Shown here: one piece after another, positions 37,026-47,600 of the stretch
How the letters are laid out: each line of letters begins with the position of its first letter
Numbering within the stretch: position 1 is the first letter of the stretch
Assembly (NCBI GenBank): GCA_964634945.1
Contig: CAZWMG010000002.1
Location: 38,661-102,660, forward strand
Reading direction: 5' to 3'
From: an uncultured Planctomycetia bacterium
GTDB taxonomy: Bacteria > Omnitrophota > Gorgyraeia > JABMRG01
DNA: 64,000 bases
Translations under genes and position numbers: made by a program
The notes under the pieces: generated by a model
Told to the model about the DNA's origin: nothing
The model's input: the letters and a program-made list of their open reading frames with translations, nothing else
The model's database searches: none

Positions 37026-37154
37026 ATGAAATATCTTGTTATAAGCTTAGTCATAGTGGTTGTAGCATGGCTTGGCACACACGCGGCCAACGCATTCGGC
37101 ATAGATGATTGCAAGTGCTCACCATGCGCATGCTCACCGTGCGAATGTAACTGA
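37026..37154 (+). CDS. Exported Cys-rich mini-peptide (metallothionein-like), absent from ORF track
   Basis: MKYLVISLVIVVVAWLGTHAANAFGIDDCKCSPCACSPCECN*; RBS AGGAGGT. Confidence 0.75.
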   Translation: MKYLVISLVIVVVAWLGTHAANAFGIDDCKCSPCACSPCECN

Positions 37155-37455
37155 TAATTTTTATAAGGCAGCGACAAAAAAAGGCGTTTTTAGCATCCCC
37201 CTTTTTTTTCATGCCCAAAACCTACTCACAAAATACAATAAGACAGAAAAAAATATAACAGAACGGCAGGCTCCTTAAACAAAAAAATTATTTTAAAATA
37301 TACCAAAGAGACAGCAGTAGCAATATTTGTGCTTGATTCCCCCTTTCTGACTTTTAAGAGTCCAATATATGACGCACTTTACAGCATGCTAGTTGACAAT
37401 AGATTATAAATAGCGTAGAATCATATATATTCATGGGTTTCAAGAAAGGTAAAAA

Positions 37456-37590
37456 ATGAAAAATTTCCTTGTAGCGGTTGTTCTAATATCATCTCTTTTT
37501 TTAAGCGGGTGTACTACATTAAGCGGATTAACTACGATAGCGGGCCTGGTCGCGGCAGGATACGGAATCTACAAGGCGAGTGAAAAATAG
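37456..37590 (+). CDS. Small lipoprotein (44 aa), absent from ORF track
   Basis: MKNFLVAVVLISSLFLSGC lipobox; RBS AAGGT; upstream TTGACA...TAGAAT. Confidence 0.7.
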   Translation: MKNFLVAVVLISSLFLSGCTTLSGLTTIAGLVAAGYGIYKASEK

Positions 37591-37686
37591 ATACAGCTAG
37601 CAATAACAGTGGCTCGGTTGCTCTTTGTTTGCCTATAACGAAAAAATAAAAGTATTACTCTTCCGCAATAAATCTCAAACTAACTT

Positions 37687-38439
37687 TCAATTCTTATCTG
37701 TTTTTCGTGCCTGATTAAGGTATGAAGATATCAACTTGGCAACAAAAACAGCCATATAGAATTGGCCTATGATCACTTCTCCTGTAGCAAGCATGCGCCC
37801 AGCCGATTTTATGGGTATAATTTCACCATAACCTAACGAGCATAATGTTACAAAACTATAGTACATAAAAAGTGGGTAATTCTGGGTGTGAATAATATTG
37901 CCGATTTCCTGCCCCTGTTTAAGCGCTGTAAAGTGAAAAGAGCCAGGTATAAAAGTTTCTGTCAATAAATACAAAAAAGCCCAAGTAGCGCCGATTAGAA
38001 GATAGGCGCATAGTGACCCGACTATTGTGTCAGAAGTTACTCCTTGGGTTGTCCATATATCAAATAAAATCATAGATGCTGTAAAAGCGAAGAAAAAAGC
38101 CATACATATATCACCGGCGATATTCAATGCTCCATGATTAAAAAAGGTAGCGCTCCATATTATGGCTAATGTAAGCACTGCCAGACAGGAACCGACAAGT
38201 ACTACTCTTTTTTTCTTGCTAACCGCCAGTATGCCCGCGAGCAGGGTAAGCACGATTATCAAACAGTTCCAGCTAATGTTTTTACCTGAATTATTTCCAT
38301 AAAAGGCGGGAGTCCACGTTAAGGTAAGTAAAGATATAAGCAGGACCGTATATTTCGCAGTACTGTTTAAAGACGCAAACCATTGGCAAAGTTTTTTGGT
38401 TAGTTCTCCAAAATTTATGTTTATTGAATTATTTGTCAT
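37687..38439 (-). CDS. Ion channel (Ion_trans_2) family membrane protein
   Basis: YYSFVTLCSLGYGEIIP pore motif; multiple TMs. Confidence 0.85.
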   Translation of the reverse strand: MTNNSININFGELTKKLCQWFASLNSTAKYTVLLISLLTLTWTPAFYGNNSGKNISWNCLIIVLTLLAGILAVSKKKRVVLVGSCLAVLTLAIIWSATFFNHGALNIAGDICMAFFFAFTASMILFDIWTTQGVTSDTIVGSLCAYLLIGATWAFLYLLTETFIPGSFHFTALKQGQEIGNIIHTQNYPLFMYYSFVTLCSLGYGEIIPIKSAGRMLATGEVIIGQFYMAVFVAKLISSYLNQARKTDKN

Positions 38440-38595
38440 ATTAACCCCCTGTACGATCTTATTCTATTATAGATACGCAAATATGGCAAGAATTTTTACT
38501 TGGCCCCATACAACTTAAAACTTTCGATTAAAACCTTTCTTCTTGTTCCTTACTAGGCAGGGGTGTAAAATAGATCCAATAGGGCCAAAATTACG

Positions 38596-39006
38596 ATGAA
38601 GAACATATTGTTTTTGTGTACAGAAAATTCCTGTAGAAGCAAGATTGCAGAAGCCTTTTTAAGGCACATAGCCGGTGATAAATTTAATGCCTATAGTGCT
38701 GGGGTAGGCCCAACTAGCTTAAATCAATTTGCTATCAAGGCAATGCAAGAGATAGGTATCGATATAACCAATCAGAGATCAAAGTCGATCCAAGAGTTAT
38801 CTAACTAGCAATTCCATCGTGTAGTGACTGTATGTGACAATGTAAAACAAAGATGTCCCACCTTCCCGGGTAAGTTTGAAGAGATGTATTGGGGCCTTGA
38901 TAACCCGACAGAGGTAGAGGGCACTGATGAAGAGATTATGAGGGCCTTTAGAAAGACCAGGGATATGATAAAGCAAAATATCAGAGATTTTATCGTGTCA
39001 AGATAG
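38596..39006 (+). pseudogene. arsC: Arsenate reductase / LMW-PTP family, interrupted by in-frame TAG at 38806
   Basis: LFLCTENSCRS...AYSAG; after the stop the same frame continues QFHRVVTVCD...CPTFPG...FRKTRD. Confidence 0.85.
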
Positions 39007-39043
39007 GCGCTGTTTTAATAGTATTTAAAAAGGAGATGTAAAA

Positions 39044-39487
39044 ATGCGTGTATTATCAATAGGTTTGATAGCCACTTTATTTTTTATTGGTTTTATATTG
39101 CCGGTATCCTGGGCAGGCCAAAATCCCATGTTTGACTTCTATAATGGATTGACAGAGATCATAGAGAAGAACATGAATAATCCAAAAGTCTGCGTATCTC
39201 AGTCAGAGAGCTATATAAAAAATAACATTAAAACATTGCAAAAAGCTACCGCGGCAGGAAGAAAGATGGTTCAGGATAACTCGCAGAAATATGAAAATAT
39301 GGGTAACAAGGAGCTTGAACTTACAATGAAACAGGCTCAGGAAGCTATGTCAGATCCTAAAATAGCTGAGTCTATGAACGCGTCTATGACGGTCATGAAC
39401 AATTTTATGCAGGTCCTGAATAAGTTTATGATGAAGCATCCCGTTGAAGGTGGGGAAATTATGGACGCCCTAAGTGAGTATTCCTAG
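39044..39487 (+). CDS. Exported helical hypothetical protein
   Basis: RBS AGGAG; signal peptide ending SWA. Confidence 0.65.
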   Translation: MRVLSIGLIATLFFIGFILPVSWAGQNPMFDFYNGLTEIIEKNMNNPKVCVSQSESYIKNNIKTLQKATAAGRKMVQDNSQKYENMGNKELELTMKQAQEAMSDPKIAESMNASMTVMNNFMQVLNKFMMKHPVEGGEIMDALSEYS

Positions 39488-39529
39488 TAATATAGGACAG
39501 ATTCAAGGCAAAAGGCATAAGGACGCAAT

Positions 39530-39730
39530 ATGCGCATACGAATTGGATATTTTATATCAACAGAAAACAACGATATAATTTTTGAGGGAAAATGTATATT
39601 ATGTGTAAAATGCTATAACCTATGTCCGGTCAACGCGATACTAATCAGTAAAAAAGCGTAGACGATAAGAAATACAGAAGATACAAGGGCCCTGGTTCTG
39701 AGATAAGACCCGTTGAATGTAGAAAATAGG
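39530..39730 (+). pseudogene. Remnant of 4Fe-4S ferredoxin-domain gene
   Basis: KCILCVKCYNLCPVNAI, then frameshifted YRRYKGP; no intact ORF. Confidence 0.5.
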
Positions 39731-39737
39731 AGAAGAT

Positions 39738-40190
39738 ATGGATATAAAAAGCGAGAAAGTATTGAACGAGGCTATACAGATAGAAAAGAATCTATCAGTA
39801 TTGTATTTTTTTTATAGCGAAAATTTTGTTGATGATTCCGAATTTTGGCAGCAGATGTCAAAAGAAGAGGCAGAACACGCGGCCCTACTAGGGCTTGGTA
39901 AAGATTTTCCGGATAAGTTTCCCGAGTTTATTACATATGATGAATACAATGAATTGGTAAAGGTTAGACAGGAGATAGAAGATACTATCAAAAGATATGA
40001 AAGGCAATTGCCATCAAAAAAAGAAGCGTATAGCTACGCGCTGGGCCTTGAAACCAGCGCTTATGAATTGCATTATCAGAAATTGTCATCAAGTAAAGAA
40101 AATTCAGAAATGATGAAAACATTTCAAAAGTTAAACGCGTTTGACAAAGACCACGCTAAAAGAATAGAAGAACTGTTAACCTCAATATAA
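39738..40190 (+). CDS. Ferritin-like / rubrerythrin-like four-helix protein
   Basis: AIQIE, EEAEHA, ALGLE, DKDHA diiron-type motifs. Confidence 0.75.
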   Translation: MDIKSEKVLNEAIQIEKNLSVLYFFYSENFVDDSEFWQQMSKEEAEHAALLGLGKDFPDKFPEFITYDEYNELVKVRQEIEDTIKRYERQLPSKKEAYSYALGLETSAYELHYQKLSSSKENSEMMKTFQKLNAFDKDHAKRIEELLTSI

Positions 40191-40435
40191 GTTCTTTTAT
40201 GTGAAATCGTATTATTGATCAAGACAATAAGATTAATCCGGATTGGCTTGAACTTTTTAATGAATTTCAGGGTTGCTTGTTGCTTTCAGCTGACCAGCTT
40301 GCCAGTATTAAGGCAAAGACTGAACTCCCGCTACAATGCATAGAGTAGACTTATAGCGTTGTCGAGCAGTTGCCATACCCCCAAAGAGATAATAGTTGTA
40401 TACAATACGACACAATAGTGGTATTATGAGCCATA

Positions 40436-41698
40436 ATGACACAGACGCCACGACAGACAAACACTTCCTTTTATGGCCTTGGGATCGCGCCGAGAATACT
40501 CGATATTCTGGACAAAATAAAATTTACTATCCCTACGCCCATCCAGCACAAGACCATACCTATAGCTATTGAAGGCAAAGATGTAATCGGTGTCGCGCAA
40601 ACAGGTACCGGTAAGACACTCGCCTTTACAGTCCCTATTATGCAGCGCCTTTCCCTTAGAAGAGGACGCGCGCTCATTCTTGTTCCGACCAGGGAGCTTG
40701 CTATACAGGTTGATGAGACGTTCCAGAAGATCGCGCCATCACTTGGCATAAAGACCGCTGTTATTATAGGTGGCGCGTCTATGCAGCTGCAACTAAAAGC
40801 ACTAAGGACGAATCCGCGTGTTTTGGTAGCTACTCCTGGCCGACTTGTTGACCACATGGAGCGGCGCACAGTGCTTTTGGCTGATATAAATGTCCTGGTT
40901 CTTGACGAGGCGGATCGCATGCTTGATATGGGTTTCCTGCCGCAGATACAGAAAATTATCAAATTTATCCCACGAAATAAGCAGACCATGTTTTTTTCAG
41001 CTACTATACCGACAGAGATAGTCAAAATGGCGGCAGAGCATATGAAACTTCCTGTGCATGTTGAAGTCGCGCCATCAGGAACTACCGCGGAGCGTATTAT
41101 ACAGGAAGTCTTTATAATTAAGAAAAGCTCAAAACAGCGGCTCATGATAAAATTACTCGATCAGTATCATGGACCGGTGCTGATATTCTCCAGAACAAAG
41201 ATAGGCGCCAGGTATATCGCGCGTGGTTTACAACGCGCAAACTACAAAGCCGCGGAGATCCATTCCGACAGGTCACTACCCCAAAGAAAAGAGGCTCTTG
41301 AGGGTTTTAAGGCAGGAAAGTACAAGATACTTGTCGCTACTGATATCGCTGCTAGAGGTATTGATGTTACGGGTATAGAACTTGTTATAAACTATGATCT
41401 TCCGGATGACACTGAGAATTATGTGCATCGTATCGGCCGTACAGCCCGGGCCGGGCATGAGGGGCGTGCTGTATCTTTCGCCACGCCTGAGCAGGGTGAT
41501 GATGTGAAAAACATTGAAAAACTCATTAAGGCCCCATTGCCGATAGTTGAGCACCCCGGATTTCCAAAAGAAAAATTTGTCAAAGAGATATCACCACGAC
41601 AGGGCTCAAAGCCGTATCAGTCCAGACGATCAGCGCCCAAGAAGCCTTATCCCCGCGCAAACCGAAACAATTCCCACTATAAAAGTCGAAAACGTTAG
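40436..41698 (+). CDS. DEAD-box RNA helicase (RhlE-like)
   Basis: AQTGTGKT, PTRELA, TPGR, DEAD, SAT, ARGID, HRIGRTAR. Confidence 0.96.
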   Translation: MTQTPRQTNTSFYGLGIAPRILDILDKIKFTIPTPIQHKTIPIAIEGKDVIGVAQTGTGKTLAFTVPIMQRLSLRRGRALILVPTRELAIQVDETFQKIAPSLGIKTAVIIGGASMQLQLKALRTNPRVLVATPGRLVDHMERRTVLLADINVLVLDEADRMLDMGFLPQIQKIIKFIPRNKQTMFFSATIPTEIVKMAAEHMKLPVHVEVAPSGTTAERIIQEVFIIKKSSKQRLMIKLLDQYHGPVLIFSRTKIGARYIARGLQRANYKAAEIHSDRSLPQRKEALEGFKAGKYKILVATDIAARGIDVTGIELVINYDLPDDTENYVHRIGRTARAGHEGRAVSFATPEQGDDVKNIEKLIKAPLPIVEHPGFPKEKFVKEISPRQGSKPYQSRRSAPKKPYPRANRNNSHYKSRKR

Positions 41699-41773
41699 TT
41701 TTCCAACAGCCATCTTGAATAAAGACGCGCTATTTTACTGGTATTTAATATTCCGATGTGATACAATGCACAA

Positions 41774-43201
41774 ATGAAATACAAACACGCCTTATTTTTA
41801 AACCCATATGCTATTCGTAAGACCAAATCCGCGTCTATTACGAGGCTATTTCCGCCAACAGGACTAGAGTTTGTCGCTACAAGCGCCAAGGATTATGTTG
41901 AAGATCTCACCCTTCTTGACTTGCGCTATGAAGAAGAGCTCTCGGATATTGACAAGCTGCTGGAGTTTATAGATAATAAGGGCATAGATATAATATGTGT
42001 TGGCATAGGATGGGACAGAGAATTTAAAGATGTTTGCGCCCTCTTAAACGCTATGCCCGCTAATATTCCGTTAGTAGTTGGTGGACACAAGGCTACGGAA
42101 GAGGCAGGTGACCTTTTTGAGCTATGCCCTAATATAGATATCCTTGTAAGAGGAGAAGGCGAGGAGACGATAAGAGATATTATGCGGGATATCCCGCTTA
42201 AAGATATACTGGGCATCTCTTACAGGCAAGGCGATAAAGTGTTACATAATGACACCAGGCCACTTCCGGAGATTGATATAATAAGTTCACCTGATCGCAG
42301 TTTAAGGAGAAATCAGTACCGATTAACAGTGCAGGGAAATAATATTACGAACCTGACATACGATACTATCCTTAGCGCGCGAGGCTGCCCGTTTAATTGC
42401 AAATTCTGCACCTTTACCCTAAATCCACTCGGCCAGAAAAGGCCATACGCGGAAAGGAGTGTGGCCTCCGTTCTGAAAGAAATAGAGAGTATAGAGGCGG
42501 ATATAATCCTTTTTAGTGATGAGAATTTTGCGACAAATGCCAAGAGAGCGGAAAAGATCTGCGATCTGATAATAGAGAAAAAGATTAAGAAGCGTTTTCT
42601 GGCGCAGGTACGCATAGAGATTGCTAATCATCCTCAATTATTGAATAAGATGGTCAAGGCTGGATTTAAGATGCTATCATTAGGCATAGAGAGTCCGCAT
42701 GATCATATATTAAAGGAACTTAACAAGGGCTTTGATTCAAAGAAGATAAGAGAGGCCTTTGCTGTTTTTAGAAAGTATCCTATATTTTACCACGGCTACT
42801 TTATTTATGGTAATATAGGTGAGACGGAAGAAGAGATGCTCTATATCGGCAAATTCGCGAGAGAGATAGGGGTCGATACCATAGCATGCAGCAAGCTTAG
42901 GGTTAGCAAGTTTTCGCCTTTAAAGAAGTTCGTGGATGAATCGCCGAGCCACTACGTTACGGAAAAAGGAGAGATCTATTCTGATGCTTGCAGCCATTCT
43001 GACCTCAAGAGAATAAATAAAGAAACAAAGAGAATGTTCTACACGCCCTACAAGGTGCTTCAAATAACAAAAAAATTTATCAGTACACGCTGGCTTACAT
43101 CAAAAGATATTATTCCGTTGCTATTAGTGGTGCCCGCGTTATTAAAAAGCACCATCGCCAGTGAGAGGCAGAAGGCGAGATCAAAGAACAGACAAAAATA
43201 A
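41774..43201 (+). CDS. B12-binding domain radical SAM protein
   Basis: PPTGL, VVGG, RGEGE, ARGCPFNCKFC. Confidence 0.9.
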   Translation: MKYKHALFLNPYAIRKTKSASITRLFPPTGLEFVATSAKDYVEDLTLLDLRYEEELSDIDKLLEFIDNKGIDIICVGIGWDREFKDVCALLNAMPANIPLVVGGHKATEEAGDLFELCPNIDILVRGEGEETIRDIMRDIPLKDILGISYRQGDKVLHNDTRPLPEIDIISSPDRSLRRNQYRLTVQGNNITNLTYDTILSARGCPFNCKFCTFTLNPLGQKRPYAERSVASVLKEIESIEADIILFSDENFATNAKRAEKICDLIIEKKIKKRFLAQVRIEIANHPQLLNKMVKAGFKMLSLGIESPHDHILKELNKGFDSKKIREAFAVFRKYPIFYHGYFIYGNIGETEEEMLYIGKFAREIGVDTIACSKLRVSKFSPLKKFVDESPSHYVTEKGEIYSDACSHSDLKRINKETKRMFYTPYKVLQITKKFISTRWLTSKDIIPLLLVVPALLKSTIASERQKARSKNRQK

Positions 43202-43349
43202 CACATTGTAATTAGTATAAGTGCTTAAGATAGCATGATGTCGGATTTTTGATGAGGCTGCAACTCTTCAGATGGCATATTAAGCATGGTAAGTTTAGCA
43301 TAGATAACAGCTTCTTAAATATCCGCATTATAGAGTCCTTAAAAGGCCC

Positions 43350-44291
43350 ATGAATAAAGAGCAAAAATCCGTGAAAGATATTTTAATCGAGCCTCATTAT
43401 AATAGTGAAGGCTTTGTCGATTATACCCATAGAGGCCAAACCTATAAACTGTGGTATGCTATTATAGGTTCCGGCTGTAAGCCGCCTGTATTAGTTTTGC
43501 ATGGTGGCCCGGGAGGCAATCACCACAACCTAGTGGCATTTCAGGCGTTAGCTGACGAGCGGGATGTAATTTTTTATGACCAACTTGGCTGTGGAATGTC
43601 AGATCGACCGGACAATCGATCACTGTGGACTGCTAATCGATATTTTGATGAGGTGTTGGCGATACAGGACGGCCTGAGGTTGAAGAGATACCATCTGATA
43701 GGTCATTCATGGGGCACCATGCTGGCTGTTGGTTTTGCAGCTAAATATACAGAGAAGATATTGTCTGTTTCTCTTCATAGCCCCATTTTGAGTTTTCCAT
43801 ATTATATCGAGCATGTAGCCAAAAAGCTCAAAGAGGAGTTGAACCGCCACCATAAAAAATTCGCGCGGATAATAGACGATTATGAGCTAAGCGGGATTGG
43901 GAAAAAGAGCGGCTATGACAAGGCTTGCATGGAATTTATTAAAAAACATGTTACGCATACCTGGCCGCTACCAGAGGCTATGAAGAGGTTAATTGCCGGT
44001 CGAAATACTACAATTCATGATGTTATGGTTGGAAGCGGTTCCGAATTGAACGTATTGGGAAATCTAAAAACAGTGGATGTTATATTACAGTTATCTCAGA
44101 TAGGCGTGCCCGTTCTTATGACCTGCGGAGATGATGATCTATGTACGCCTGCTTTTACTAAATGGCAAGCTGAATTTGGCAAGGGCATTAGCCGTCATAT
44201 TATACATGGAAGCGGCCATATGACCCCGGTGGATAAGCCTTTAGAACTTATCAGCTTGCAAAGGGATTTCTTAAGAGACGTTGAAAGATAA
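43350..44291 (+). CDS. Proline iminopeptidase-family alpha/beta hydrolase
   Basis: LHGGPG, YDQLGCGMS, GHSWG, GDDD, SGH. Confidence 0.88.
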   Translation: MNKEQKSVKDILIEPHYNSEGFVDYTHRGQTYKLWYAIIGSGCKPPVLVLHGGPGGNHHNLVAFQALADERDVIFYDQLGCGMSDRPDNRSLWTANRYFDEVLAIQDGLRLKRYHLIGHSWGTMLAVGFAAKYTEKILSVSLHSPILSFPYYIEHVAKKLKEELNRHHKKFARIIDDYELSGIGKKSGYDKACMEFIKKHVTHTWPLPEAMKRLIAGRNTTIHDVMVGSGSELNVLGNLKTVDVILQLSQIGVPVLMTCGDDDLCTPAFTKWQAEFGKGISRHIIHGSGHMTPVDKPLELISLQRDFLRDVER

Positions 44292-44474
44292 CATAACAAA
44301 CAGAGATCGCTTGCTAAATGGGTAAAGCAACCTATAGTGTATTATATATTAGTATTTTCATTATAATGTGCCGCCTATACGGGCAAGGCGCTTGCAAAGG
44401 CAAGCCCCATTATTACTTTAAAACCCCGTTTTTTCCCTACTATAATAGCAAATTCACCCCAAACACCTAAAACA

Positions 44475-44528
44475 TTTCAAGACCGGTTCTTGAGCACAAC
44501 CGATCGTGCTCAAGAACCGGTCTTGAAA
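44475..44528. repeat. Perfect 23-bp inverted repeat upstream of giant gene
   Basis: TTTCAAGACCGGTTCTTGAGCAC-8nt-GTGCTCAAGAACCGGTCTTGAAA. Confidence 0.9.
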
Positions 44529-44554
44529 CAATTTTCCTAAATTTAGAATTTTTC

Positions 44555-44583
44555 TTGACACATTAGCGATTTTGTTGTATTAT
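44555..44583 (+). promoter_or_regulatory. sigma70-type promoter of giant gene
   Basis: TTGACA-17 nt-TATTAT. Confidence 0.7.
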
Positions 44584-44684
44584 TTAAAACAATTGTAAAT
44601 AATATTAATTACTTTTTAAAACAATATTAAACATCTTGATTATTGTTGATTTCCAAATCAATATAAAAAACAAGGAGGTCCTAA

Positions 44685-47600
44685 ATGGCCAGAAACATTA
44701 ACAGATTCCTATCATATCTAATTATCATAGCGTTCTTATCAACATCTACTAATCTATCCTATCTATCACAACAAGAATTCCAAAGCCAGACAGATACATT
44801 GAGATCCCAGGCAGCGGTCCTTGGATTAGATATCTCTGCAATTCAGGCAAGGCTTGAGTCGCCGGCTCCAGATGTAGCAAGGTCAAGCTCTGCTGGTGAT
44901 GACTCAGATGAAGTCAGCGATATTATGGTTCAGAGCTTCATGCAGAACAATACCGTTGTATTTATTAATAAGGCATTGGAGACAGTAGAGCTTACAGATC
45001 TACCGGCAAGCTACAAAGAGCTTTCAGACAAGTATAAGGGCATACTTTTACAGGAGATAGGAAAGAAAGGTATAGTGGCGTTATTCCAGAGGCTTGAGGA
45101 AGATGCTAATGACTTGTTTAAAGAAGGCAAGGAGAAAGAGGCAACAAATCTTTATAAGTCAGTAATATTCTTTGCTAAGGTTACGGACGCGCTTATAGTG
45201 CATGATAATGAGTTTGACTGGATAGGCAATATTAGCCTTTTAGGAGGAAAGATCGACAACTCTCTTATGCTTTCAAAGGGAAAATTAGAAGTTCCCCCGT
45301 TTTTTGGTATTACATCCATGTTCCAGAAGTATGTATGGTTATATAATGATCTGCTGCCAAAGATGAGAGATATCGCCTTTACAGTCGATCCACAGAATAA
45401 TACAGCGACATCCTCCGCACAGGCAAGATTTGAGCAATTGATAAAAGATACTCATGTGCCTGAAGATTTAAAGTTAATGCTTGAGATTGAGGCAAGAAAG
45501 ATAGCGGATCGCGAGGGTTACGCGTTAACAAAAGAGGAAGCAGACAAGCTTGAGACAGAAGCGATAGAGATTATACTCAGAAGCTCCCAAGGTTTAGAGG
45601 ACAGGCCGGGGATACCTTCTGCTGGTATCGGTTCAAGTGTGCCGACAATGGGCACTGATGGCATGCTGGATGTATTCAAGGATGTCGCCGCATCTGCGTA
45701 TCTTAGAAGGGCGTTAGAATATAGGGATAAGATAGCTATAAGCACATGGTTGCTTTCAAGGATGAACATAGATGAGCTTAAACATATAGTTAATAAGCTT
45801 AAAGGCTTGTCTGAGGTTACGTCTAAGGTCGAGGTTGGCGGGATATTTTATGATACCAGCACAATCGTAGAGGACATAGAGGCCAATCTTTCAGAGGATT
45901 TGCGTTCAAGGAAAGAGTTTGTTAATGTTTCAACATTGAGAGTACTTACATTACTGGAGTTATTGCAGCAGCAGAGCGCTAAGGACGATATTATTGATAA
46001 AGCATTAGTAGAGATAAGAGATGTCCGCATAGATTGCCTTGACGCGGCAAGGATAGGCGGCGGTATACAGACACAGACCATGCGTTCGAGTGAATATTCT
46101 ATTGTCGGCTTCGCGTTAAACAAAGCGACAGGTTGGACAGGTGACGCGAATGATATGGTTGTTATAGATTATGACATCTCCTATGGCAGGGGGGAGCTTA
46201 TTGTGCAAGGCTCTATAATCAGTGATCATTACAAGATATTGCTTAATCTAAAGACCGGTAAGGCCATTATATTATCGAAAGAATGTGGTTCAAAACTCGC
46301 TACATTAAAACGTGCCAAGGCAGGTGAAGAGATAGAGGTCTGGGCAGATTCTAAGCATGAGACAATAGAGACAGTTATTGCGGAAGAAGGAAAGGAATAT
46401 CTAGTAGTAACTCCTGTAGAACAGCGTCAAAGATTTGTTGTTTCAGATAAGAAAGCTATAGAGATAGCGCACAAGATATTAGAGGCTAACACTGTTCATA
46501 ACTCCGGAAGAACCCAGGTTGTGCCGGTAGATATGGAGGCTTGTTATTACCATGACACAAAAGGGAAGTTGCAATATTCCATAGTCCAGAAGAGAGACTC
46601 CGCTATAAAATCAGGTTTCGATTTTGAGGACCCTGATTTTGTTATTCATGCCGGTAAAGAGCCGATAGCCGGGTTAGCAGACGCTGCACAGGAACAGGGT
46701 CATATGAAGGCAAAAGGTTTTGAGACTCAGAACGCCGCAAGTGGTGTAACAGTGTGGGTTGAGGAGCCATCTGCTGACAGAGTTAAAAAGGCGGTAGAGA
46801 ATATATGGGAAGGCGCCAGAGAAGCCGCTTTAAATGAATTTTTACCGCAGGCGCATCCCGATCTCTATACACCAAATGATAAATCAGCGATAATAGAGAA
46901 GATATTAAGAGATAAAAAGATAGTGGATACCGGAATACAGGATGATTTTGATGTAGAAGGTTTTGATTTTGATAAGGCCCGTATCTTAGAAAGAATAATC
47001 AGCAAAGATTCTACACAAGAGGAGGCCATAAAAGAGATTGAAAGTGCTTTTTCAGGTAAATTGGAAAAGGAAGCTATCGTCTCTATCGCTGTGGGAGCAT
47101 TAAAACTCTTTAAAAATACAGCTAATTTAGAAGATAGAATGAGAATATTATCTTCTATAATCAGAGTAAATATATTTTCCTCGCCAAAAGCTGATTTAAA
47201 AAGAGCCTTTATTGAAGAGCACGCGGGAGTACTGGAAAGAGATGTCTTAAATAGGCAGTTTGACAAGATAAAGGCAATGATCAAAGACGGGATAACTGTG
47301 GTAATGGTGACGCCTGAAACAAATCCGAATTTTAATGATATTATGAAGTTTGTAGACGAAAATGGCGGCGCGACAATTACACGGCAAGGAGGTAGGTCTG
47401 CCCACGCTATTATTATATCTATACAATTCGGTTATTGCGTAGTAGGCGGAGCGGAATTCAATGATTCAGATCTTCTGGAAAGAATTAAAAATGGTGACCA
47501 GATACTTTTGACGGTAGATGGTAACAAGGGACAGGTATACGATTTAGAGATACCTATAACGAGTTTCTTTAGCGCGTTTCAACCAAAGCGTTGGGGTAAT

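Noticed and set aside
38806-38808. Pyrrolysine or stop-codon reassignment at arsC TAG
   Set aside because: TAG is used as a normal stop in many genes here (e.g. 12478, 14205, 29956) and no pyl genes are in view.
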